Below, in pieces: positions 9,811-17,836 of a DNA stretch of 29,956 nt. The notes under the pieces are model-generated. The model saw nothing but the letters and a program-made list of their open reading frames with translations. It was not told the DNA's origin and did not search any database. Source of the stretch: Promethearchaeota archaeon (GTDB taxonomy: Archaea > Asgardarchaeota > Lokiarchaeia > Sigyniarchaeales > SOKP01); contig JBHLNT010000037.1 of assembly GCA_048941265.1 (NCBI GenBank), positions 1 to 29,956 on the forward strand, in the 5' to 3' direction. Position 1 is the first letter of the stretch. Each line of letters begins with the position of its first letter. The position numbers and the translations under genes were made by a program.

Positions 9811-10347
9811 TCATTTCAGATATAAAGCAATCTCAAGCATTTTCTGGGAGATAGTATAAAAAATTTCTTCCACATTTTCTCCTGTTTTGGAGGAACATTC
9901 TATAAACTCGTAAAAATTATACTTTTTAGCAAGTTCATTTCCCTCTTCGCTGGAAATTACCCTTTTTTGTTCTAAATCCTTTTTTCCTCCAACCATAATA
10001 AGTGGTATATCAATAAATCTGCTTTCAAAGCTTTTTTTAAACACTTCTAGCCAACTTTCGACATTTTCAATACTCGAATGCCGTGTAATGTCATACATAA
10101 AAATCCCGCCAGAAGATCCTGAAGCATAAGTTGGAAGCAAAAATCTGAATTTATCCTCGCCCGCGAAGTCCCATATTTGTAAAGTTATATCTTTATCGCC
10201 TAAATCTAATTTTTTAATATAGAAATCTGCACCTATTGTAATTTTATATTCACCTTTGAAGGTACCAGTGAGATAACGATTCACCAACGTAGTTTTTCCT
10301 ACGCCTCCATCTCCAAAAACGCAAACTTTAAATTTTGCATAAGGCAT
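9811..10347 (-). CDS. Rab-like small GTPase (4th in transcription order)
   Basis: GDGGVGKT, TIGADF, TLQIWDFAGE, FMYDIT, GGKKD, ECSSKTGENV. Confidence 0.95.
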   Translation of the reverse strand: MPYAKFKVCVFGDGGVGKTTLVNRYLTGTFKGEYKITIGADFYIKKLDLGDKDITLQIWDFAGEDKFRFLLPTYASGSSGGIFMYDITRHSSIENVESWLEVFKKSFESRFIDIPLIMVGGKKDLEQKRVISSEEGNELAKKYNFYEFIECSSKTGENVEEIFYTISQKMLEIALYLK

Positions 10348-10588
10348 AATTAATCCCTCATCATAGAAAATCTCAACATAACTTTCTCCCAGTTAATAAG
10401 CTTAATATCTTAAATTTTATTTAAATTTTTTAATTTTTAGATCACAAAATGAATCATAAATGTAAAAATTATCCAATATATCAGAAAAATTACTAAGTTT
10501 TTTAATAAATCAGCTTACTTTTAAATCTTATCTTATTAGGAGTCATAATTTTTTTATTTTTCTAAATAAAAAGGAAACTTTAAGGTAA

Positions 10589-11116
10589 TTATTGTCTTTC
10601 CATCATCATTTTAGTTAATTTTTCAAAAATTAAAAGGACATTTTCTCCAGTTTTTGCAGAGCATTCTATACAGTCACTAATTCCATCAAGAGAGTCCACA
10701 ATTGCTTGAGCATCTTCATAAGATACTGCCCTTTTAAAATCCAAATCTTTTTTGCTCCCAACCATCAATAGAGGAATATTCATTTCATTTCTTTTACTCC
10801 CTTCTTCAAAGACTTCCATCCAATTGTTAAAATTTCTAAAGCTGGAAAATCTTGTAATATCATACATGAATATTGCGCCGGATGCCCCTAGTAAATAGCT
10901 AGGTAAGATGAAACGGAAACGGTCTTCTCCAGCAAAATCCCATATTTGTAAGGTGACTGACCGTCCATTGCTCTCAAATTTTTTTACATAAAAATTAACA
11001 CCAATTGTTATTTTGAGGTGATCTTTAAAAGCGCCTGTCAAATAGCGATTAACTAAAGTTGTTTTACCTACTCCTCCGTCACCGAGGATACAGATCTTAT
11101 AGATTGATTGTGTCAT
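10589..11116 (-). CDS. Rab-like small GTPase (3rd)
   Basis: GDGGVGKT, TIGVNF, TLQIWDFAGE, FMYDIT, GSKKD, ECSAKTGENV. Confidence 0.95.
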   Translation of the reverse strand: MTQSIYKICILGDGGVGKTTLVNRYLTGAFKDHLKITIGVNFYVKKFESNGRSVTLQIWDFAGEDRFRFILPSYLLGASGAIFMYDITRFSSFRNFNNWMEVFEEGSKRNEMNIPLLMVGSKKDLDFKRAVSYEDAQAIVDSLDGISDCIECSAKTGENVLLIFEKLTKMMMERQ

Positions 11117-11172
11117 TTGTGACTGCCTAATTGTAAAAAAAATCCTTTTTCTTTAAAATCTAATAAAACTAG

Positions 11173-11186
11173 TTATTTATAATTTT
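11173..11186 (-). promoter_or_regulatory. candidate TATA-box region upstream of GTPase 10589..11116
   Basis: Reads AAAATTATAAATAA on the - strand, ~57 bp upstream of the start. The identical 14-mer lies upstream of the neighbouring paralog (11886-11899). Confidence 0.35.
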
Positions 11187-11313
11187 TTTTAATTGATATT
11201 CTTTAAAAACAAAGATGATTAAAAAATTTTTGAATTCATTAGAGTATCCTAATATTTTACAAATATAATGGAATTTTTGTTATCTATCGATATATGATTT
11301 ATTCATAAAATGC

Positions 11314-11841
11314 TTAATTTGTTTTTTCTAACATCATTTTAGTGATGCTTTCGAAAATTTCGTCTACATTTTTGCCTGTTTTCGAGGAACATTCAAAATA
11401 TTGAGAAAATTTGTGTTTTTCAGCAATTTCTATAGCATGATCAGTCATTACGGTTCTTCTATGAATTAAATCTAATTTTCCTCCAACCATAATAATTGGA
11501 ATTTCTTTATTATAATTTTTAGTTCCTTTGTGAAATACGTCCATCCAATCGGTTAAATTATAAATACTTGAATCTCTAGTGATATCAAACATAAATATAC
11601 AACCTGAACTACCAATAATATAACTAGGTAATATAAATTTGAAACGCTCTTCTCCAGCAAAATCCCAAATTTGCAAGGTTATTGTTGCTCCATCTACATT
11701 TATTCTTTTAACAAAAAAATCTGCTCCTATAGTAATCTTATAATGTTCTTGAAAGATGCCAGTAAGATAGCGTTTCACAAGTGTTGTTTTTCCCACACCA
11801 CCATCGCCGAATATACAGATTTTAAATTTTTCCGTCTTCAA
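11314..11841 (-). CDS. Rab-like small GTPase (2nd)
   Basis: GDGGVGKT, TIGADF, TLQIWDFAGE, FMFDIT, GGKLD, ECSSKTGKNV; TTG start. Confidence 0.95.
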   Translation of the reverse strand: MKTEKFKICIFGDGGVGKTTLVKRYLTGIFQEHYKITIGADFFVKRINVDGATITLQIWDFAGEERFKFILPSYIIGSSGCIFMFDITRDSSIYNLTDWMDVFHKGTKNYNKEIPIIMVGGKLDLIHRRTVMTDHAIEIAEKHKFSQYFECSSKTGKNVDEIFESITKMMLEKTN

Positions 11842-11885
11842 TATGAGATTATTAATTTTCGAAATTTGAAACTGTAATGGGCTTA

Positions 11886-11899
11886 TTATTTATAATTTT
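11886..11899 (-). promoter_or_regulatory. candidate TATA-box region upstream of GTPase 11314..11841
   Basis: AAAATTATAAATAA on the - strand, ~45 bp upstream of the TTG start. Confidence 0.35.
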
Positions 11900-12008
11900 A
11901 TTTTATTCGGAAGTTCTATTACTCCAATTTAAAAAAAAATATAGATAAAAAAATAGAATTTTCTCCAATTTTCGAAATCTATCCTTATTTTCCCCTAAAT
12001 TAAGTGGG

Positions 12009-12542
12009 CTATATTAAATTTGCCCGTTTGGTAAGTTCTAAGGCTAGCTTATAGAAGATAATTTCTACATTTTCTCCAGTTTTAGCGGATGTTTCAATAT
12101 AATCTAATAGATTAAGCTTTTTCGCCATATCAACAGCGTCCTTACTAAAAACTGATCTTCTATCATGTAAATCTAATTTTCCTCCAATCATAATGATCGG
12201 GACATCGATTTTCATATCTGCTGTTCCTTCTTTAAATATTTTAAGCCAATCGTCAAAATTACGTAAACTAGAACGTCTAGTAATATCAAACATAAATAAT
12301 CCGCCTGATGCACCTTTTACATATCCTGGAAGAAGAAATCGGAAGCGATCTTCACCAGCAAAGTCCCATAATTGTAAAGATACTCTTTTGCCATGGAATT
12401 CAAATTTTTTCATGTGAAAATCTACCCCAAGAGTCATACTTGAATCTCCAGTGAATAATCCAGTAAGATATCGCTTAACTAAAGAAGTCTTACCTACACC
12501 TCCATCTCCAAAAATGCAAACTTTAAAAAGTGCATCCTGCAT
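12009..12542 (-). CDS. Rab-like small GTPase (1st)
   Basis: GDGGVGKT, TLGVDF, SLQLWDFAGE, FMFDIT, GGKLD, ETSAKTGENV. Confidence 0.95.
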   Translation of the reverse strand: MQDALFKVCIFGDGGVGKTSLVKRYLTGLFTGDSSMTLGVDFHMKKFEFHGKRVSLQLWDFAGEDRFRFLLPGYVKGASGGLFMFDITRRSSLRNFDDWLKIFKEGTADMKIDVPIIMIGGKLDLHDRRSVFSKDAVDMAKKLNLLDYIETSAKTGENVEIIFYKLALELTKRANLI

Positions 12543-12727
12543 TATATTCTCCCGCGGAAAAGTGTTTATTTGTAGAAATTCATTATAAAATGATTATAAA
12601 TATTTCCTTAATAAAATATTTAAGAATTTCAATTAATATTAAACCATCTTTTATTTTTATAATTTTAGTTGGAATAATTATTGATGGGTATGAATCAGAT
12701 TGCAAATAGAGAATTTGAAAAATAAGG

Positions 12728-12847
12728 TTATTTCAGATAAAATGTCTCATTTTTTATTTCCAACTTACCAACGCTTTTTAATAATTTAAGCATTATCCCT
12801 CTTTCTTTCAAATATATATCAAGTAGATCATACCCAAATGATAGATT
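12728..12847 (-). pseudogene. possible 3' gene relic (39 codons, no upstream start)
   Basis: Stop-to-stop frame NLSFGYDLLDIYLKERGIMLKLLKSVGKLEIKNETFYLK*. Reads like a helix plus beta-hairpin (winged-helix-like) C-terminus. Confidence 0.3.
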
Positions 12848-12981
12848 TTATTCATCTTTTATATTAATTCAGTGAAAGTGTAGAAAGTATAGAAATTAAA
12901 CTAGAAAAGAAGTATTATAATAACCTTCATGCGAAAATAGAGGTGCTTTAGGTGAAATCCGTATTTTATGAGGAGCAAAAT

Positions 12982-14406
12982 TTATTCCTCCTCACTTTTA
13001 TTTTTTTCTTTTAACATATGAAAATAATTTATTAGAAAATAGAAATTTGATAATCTTGTATTGATAATTGAATTTATTTGAACGAATTCATTTGGAGCAT
13101 GCGCAAATCCTCCAATTCCTAATCCTCCAACAATAAAATTAAGCCCTAATTCTTTTTGAATTTTACTCAATGGTGCTGCTGCGGCACTAAAAGGCCAGAT
13201 TTCTGTTTGAACTCCTAAAATATCAAAGCTTTTTATTAAACTCCTAACTAAAATGGAGTCTCTACTAACTCTGGAACCTTCATAGCCCACATTTCTAAGT
13301 AATTCAATGTGAGATGTGGATTTCTTTTCGTAATTTTTAACCTTTTCTTCGATTTCTTTAAATATTATTTCAGTTGAAATATTGTGAGCAAACCTTATAT
13401 CAACATTACATAATGCTTGATTAGGAACCATATTCTTAGTTCCTTCCCCTAAAAATCCTGATTTAAGTGTTGAAATATTGAAAGTCGGCTTAAAAAGATA
13501 ATCTGTAAAAGCTTTCTTGGGATTATTTTCTATTGTTTCAATAATTCCTGCTTTTTTTTTAATTATTTCAAGATCAAATTGTTTCATTAAATTTTCAATA
13601 GTATCACGTTCTTCTTCGGTATAGATATATGCATTTTTCAAGCTATCAATCAGAAACTCATTATTCGAATAAATTCTATTAAGAAGTGAGATCAGCTCTG
13701 TAGCTGGATTAGGTATCATTGCACTAAATGCTGAATGCGATTCCTTGTTTTTTGAATGAATCTTTAGAGTTAACGAGAGAATGCCTCTGTAGCCTAACTT
13801 CAATACAGAAGTACCGTTTATATCTTGTTTAATTGAAGGATAATACGCATCAATACATTGTTTGAATACTTCTTTTTTATGTTCTAGAAGGTTTAATAAT
13901 GATTGAGAGCCAATTTCCTCCTCACCATCAAAGAGTATTAACAAGGATAAAGGAAGTAAATCATTTTCTTTCAGTAACTTTATGACATTTAAAAAGCATA
14001 GAAGTGCTGATTTGGTATTATATGCACCTCGAGCTATTATACATTTGCCTAGTGCATCTAAGGGGGGTGGAAGGATCTTAACTTTTGCTTCAAATGGATC
14101 ACTAATCCATTCTCCTTCATTATTAATCGGTTGAGTATCATACATCATATATATCAGTAGGCTCTCATTTGATTTTCCTTTAACCTTAACTAAAATTAGG
14201 GGATTAATTTCTCCCTCAAATTCCGTGATTTCTTCAGAAAATTCCGATGTATAAGATTTAATAAAATCCGCGGCTTTCCTAATCCCCGCCTTATTAAGGG
14301 TTATACTTGGGATTCTTAGAAAGGGTTTAAGATCGTATTCGAGGAATTCTCCATTACTTCTTGTAATTAAATCTTCAATATTATGAATTGAATTTTCATT
14401 AAACAT
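12982..14406 (-). CDS. M20/M25/M40 family metallo-hydrolase (ArgE/DapE/dipeptidase-like)
   Basis: YMMYDTQP, W-x-SDPF, ARGAYNTK, DGEEEIGS, LGYRG, ESHSA, PTFNI, AHAPNE. Confidence 0.88.
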   Translation of the reverse strand: MFNENSIHNIEDLITRSNGEFLEYDLKPFLRIPSITLNKAGIRKAADFIKSYTSEFSEEITEFEGEINPLILVKVKGKSNESLLIYMMYDTQPINNEGEWISDPFEAKVKILPPPLDALGKCIIARGAYNTKSALLCFLNVIKLLKENDLLPLSLLILFDGEEEIGSQSLLNLLEHKKEVFKQCIDAYYPSIKQDINGTSVLKLGYRGILSLTLKIHSKNKESHSAFSAMIPNPATELISLLNRIYSNNEFLIDSLKNAYIYTEEERDTIENLMKQFDLEIIKKKAGIIETIENNPKKAFTDYLFKPTFNISTLKSGFLGEGTKNMVPNQALCNVDIRFAHNISTEIIFKEIEEKVKNYEKKSTSHIELLRNVGYEGSRVSRDSILVRSLIKSFDILGVQTEIWPFSAAAAPLSKIQKELGLNFIVGGLGIGGFAHAPNEFVQINSIINTRLSNFYFLINYFHMLKEKNKSEEE

Positions 14407-14476
14407 ATAGAATATAATAGTTAAATTGCATTAATTAATTATCATTATTATTCTAATTATTGATATCATCCTAAAA

Positions 14477-14851
14477 ATGAATGAAAATAGTAAATCTAAA
14501 CAATTATATCTTATATTAGATGATATTAAAAACAAGGGTAAACTTAAAGGGGTCATATTTGCTAAACGAGATGGTGATCTCATAGCAGAAAACATTGAAA
14601 ATAATTTTGATGGTGTTACATTCGCTGCAATGTGTGCTTCCGTGCTAGAAAGTTCAGAGGATCTCAAAAAGACTTTAGGATCTAAAAAAATTGGCAAAAT
14701 AAGTGCAGATCTAGAAAATGGTCAAACAATCATTATTATTGAATGTGATGGTAAAACATTTATTTCATTTATCCTTGGGAAGGAATCTCAAATTGAACAA
14801 ATTCTAAAAAATATTGAAGAATATTGCTTGAAAATTTTAAAAAGTTGCTAA
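14477..14851 (+). CDS. Roadblock/LC7 domain protein
   Basis: 124 aa. GVIFAKRDGDLIA followed by helix FAAMCASVLESSE and alternating beta strands, the typical Roadblock/MglB pattern. Confidence 0.85.
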   Translation: MNENSKSKQLYLILDDIKNKGKLKGVIFAKRDGDLIAENIENNFDGVTFAAMCASVLESSEDLKKTLGSKKIGKISADLENGQTIIIIECDGKTFISFILGKESQIEQILKNIEEYCLKILKSC

Positions 14852-14895
14852 TAGAAGTGGTAAAAAAATTAAAAAAAAATTTGAAGTTTAGCTTA

Positions 14896-16089
14896 TTAAC
14901 TTTGATCTACTAATTCTACAAAATGTAGTGCTATTTCAGTTGCTTGCGCTATTCTCTCTCCGGATAGCCTCTCTGCAATATCATTCTCTGTATGCCAATC
15001 TGGAGGAGTTCCCTTTTTTGAAAGTCCAAACAACGTCGTTGCATGAAGTCCTTTTCTTGAGAAATTGGCTGCATCACTCCCTGCAAATTTTAATGGTTCA
15101 ACTTCAATTGCGATTTTTAAATCCTCAGCAGCTTTTTTAACAAAATCTATAACTCTAGTAGAGTGCTTTGCCAAATATGTTGGCTCAGCAGTAGCAAGCA
15201 AAAATCTTTCAGCACTTAAACATTCCAAATTAAATAACATTGCTTCACGTTCCATTAGTTCATGTTTATATTTTGATACAAAACGTTTCGAACCTCTCAT
15301 ATGTTCTTCTCCTGCAAAACTTACAATCCATAACTCCGTTTCTTTTGGTTTATTTTTAGAAAAATATTTACCGCATTCAATAGCTGCTGCAACAGCGGAT
15401 AAGTTGTCGTTAGCACCCATTACTACTTTATTTGAGCGTAAAAATTTTGCGAAAATTAATACTAAAATTACCCCTATAATAAAAAATATCACTTGAATAA
15501 AATCTATTAATGCAATATAATCCTGCGCTTCTATCATAATAAAAATAGTCTTAATTATTCCTAGGATTATGTTAACAAAAGAAATAAGCAAAACAGATAT
15601 TATTAACAATGCCGATTTTTCTCCTAATTTACTTAATAATGGAAATTCATAAGCCGAGTCATGGTGCCCTGCTAATAATACTAACTTTTTTGGTGTGTTT
15701 TGTGGCTTTATTTTTCCTATCACATGAAAAGATTTCTTTTTTGGGAAAAAAAAATCAACTACTTCCATCAAAAGCATTTGCTGAAAGAAAAAGATAAGTA
15801 TTGCTAAAATTATAAAAATTACAGAGAGAATCGGAATAAAGAAATAACTAATTACTCCTGCGATATAGAGCACCGCAGTGATATAAATCCAATCAAGAAA
15901 TCCTCTGGGGTGGCATTCAAAATCATGTCTTTCCACTTGATCGCAAAATGTCGACATTTTATTTTGGATTAATTCTCCGGCTTTTCTTTCTTCTTCAGAG
16001 CCCCCTATTCTAGGGCCAACCTCATCACAAATCATCTTTACAAATTCCAGCATATCCTTTCCAGAAGGATCAATCTTAGTAGTCATCAT
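14896..16089 (-). CDS. membrane-embedded M28 family Zn peptidase
   Basis: GPRIGGS, AGHHDS, GANDNLSAVA, GEEH, NLE, GSDA and WHTEND motifs, with two inserted TM hairpins. Confidence 0.88.
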   Translation of the reverse strand: MMTTKIDPSGKDMLEFVKMICDEVGPRIGGSEEERKAGELIQNKMSTFCDQVERHDFECHPRGFLDWIYITAVLYIAGVISYFFIPILSVIFIILAILIFFFQQMLLMEVVDFFFPKKKSFHVIGKIKPQNTPKKLVLLAGHHDSAYEFPLLSKLGEKSALLIISVLLISFVNIILGIIKTIFIMIEAQDYIALIDFIQVIFFIIGVILVLIFAKFLRSNKVVMGANDNLSAVAAAIECGKYFSKNKPKETELWIVSFAGEEHMRGSKRFVSKYKHELMEREAMLFNLECLSAERFLLATAEPTYLAKHSTRVIDFVKKAAEDLKIAIEVEPLKFAGSDAANFSRKGLHATTLFGLSKKGTPPDWHTENDIAERLSGERIAQATEIALHFVELVDQS

Positions 16090-16236
16090 TACCCTCTCAA
16101 AAAATTTTTTTAATCAGTTGTAATTAAATGATTGTATTTAATATTTAGATTTAAATAATTGAAATAGTCAAAAAAATAAGAAGTCACGTAATCCAAATAA
16201 AACACTAAAATCGCTTTAAATTAGAAGAAAGATTTT

Positions 16237-17679
16237 TTATTTTATATTCATTCGATTGAGTAATTTGTTTAAAAATCTTTCCAATAACTCTTGGAGCACC
16301 GATTTGTAGGATTTGTTCCGTACAAGATTATTTAACTCTTTAGGATCTTTTATAAGTTCATATAATTCTACAGGTCTACGGGTATTAGATTTGACTACCA
16401 TTTTATATTGGTCAGTACGAATCATTGAAAATCCATGAACTTCACTGAAAATACCCTCTTTTCCCTCTTGAGCACTTGATCCATAAGGCCCTTCATTAAT
16501 TTTCTGAATAAATGATTGCCCATCGCTTCCTGCTAAGGGTTTAGCATGAGCGATATCGATAATAGATGCTGCAATATCCAAATGATCGGTTAAACCTTGG
16601 CTTTTCCATCCCTTAATTCCTCCTGGAGGTCGAAAAATGCATGGAATACGTAATGCTCCTTCATAAAATACGATCTTATGACTCATCATATGGTCTCCAA
16701 GCATTTCCCCATGATCAGAGTTATAAATTATCCATGTATTTTCCATTAAGTTCTTTTTTTCCAAGGTTTTCATGATTTTTCCTATATATTCATCAATTAA
16801 GGTGATTTTGGCATAGTAAAATGTTCTAAGAAGCTGATTTTGGGCTGGTGTCATATCTTTAAGTCCGCTCCAATTAAGAACCATTCTAACATTGCTAGGT
16901 ATCGGTTTTTGAGGCCATTCCAGAATTCCAACCGGCATATTTTCAGGTTTATACATAGCTCTATATTCGGCTGGTGAATCAAAAGGATCATGAGGTCCAG
17001 GAAATAGAACTTGAAGATAAAAAGGTTTATCATCCTTATAGTTATGAATCCACTCTACAGCCTTTCTACCAGTAAAGCTATCTAAATGGTCTCCCACAGG
17101 CAAGGGACATGGTGGTTCCTCCCAAGGTTTGGCATGCCCTCGAGACCATTGAGTAAAATATTTAATCATGTATTTTCTATGAGTTTTCAATAATCCTTTT
17201 TCTTTCAAATAATCTGTATAGGGTGAGTCATTCACGATAGTTGCAATAGGTCCGGTTAACTCATAGATATCTTCAAAACCCCAATCTTTCAACACTGGAA
17301 GTTTATCTCTGGTGTGTCGTGAAGTTTGACGCCTTTCCCCTCTTTCCCCATGAATCCAGAGATGAGTTTTACCAATAAGAGCTGTATGATAACCGGCTTG
17401 GCGTATGTTTCGTACATGACTAGGCCCATTAGGATTAGCTTCAATAAAATTTGTCCATACCCCATGCTCATTTACATACTTTCCGGTCATCATTGATGCT
17501 CTGGCTGGCATACAAAGAGGAGAGTTGGTACAGCATCTAGTAAAATTTACTCCTTCAGATGCTAATTTATCCAAATTCGGAGTTATAACTGCAGGATGTC
17601 CCACACAGCCAAGAGTATCACCTCGATGTTGATCTGAAAATATATAAACTATATTTGGTTTTTCTGGCATAGTATTCAA
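16237..17679 (-). CDS. Cys-type sulfatase (arylsulfatase/choline-sulfatase-like)
   Basis: KPNIVYIFSDQHR, TPNLD, CMPARAS (CxPxR), GKTH, PHDP, SDHGEMLGDH, ELYEL-x2-DP-x-E. The true start may be the ATG at 17670. Confidence 0.93.
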   Translation of the reverse strand: MNTMPEKPNIVYIFSDQHRGDTLGCVGHPAVITPNLDKLASEGVNFTRCCTNSPLCMPARASMMTGKYVNEHGVWTNFIEANPNGPSHVRNIRQAGYHTALIGKTHLWIHGERGERRQTSRHTRDKLPVLKDWGFEDIYELTGPIATIVNDSPYTDYLKEKGLLKTHRKYMIKYFTQWSRGHAKPWEEPPCPLPVGDHLDSFTGRKAVEWIHNYKDDKPFYLQVLFPGPHDPFDSPAEYRAMYKPENMPVGILEWPQKPIPSNVRMVLNWSGLKDMTPAQNQLLRTFYYAKITLIDEYIGKIMKTLEKKNLMENTWIIYNSDHGEMLGDHMMSHKIVFYEGALRIPCIFRPPGGIKGWKSQGLTDHLDIAASIIDIAHAKPLAGSDGQSFIQKINEGPYGSSAQEGKEGIFSEVHGFSMIRTDQYKMVVKSNTRRPVELYELIKDPKELNNLVRNKSYKSVLQELLERFLNKLLNRMNIK

Positions 17680-17836
17680 TATTTTAAAAATAAATTCTTA
17701 TTTTAAATAAATGAAATCCATTTAAATTTAAATAGTTAGAATAAATTAGAAAAAAAGTTTTGTTAAATATATTCAAAGGGGTAAAAATTGATTATTATCA
17801 ACTTACAAGTGAAATAAACCTAATATTTCCTTGTTA

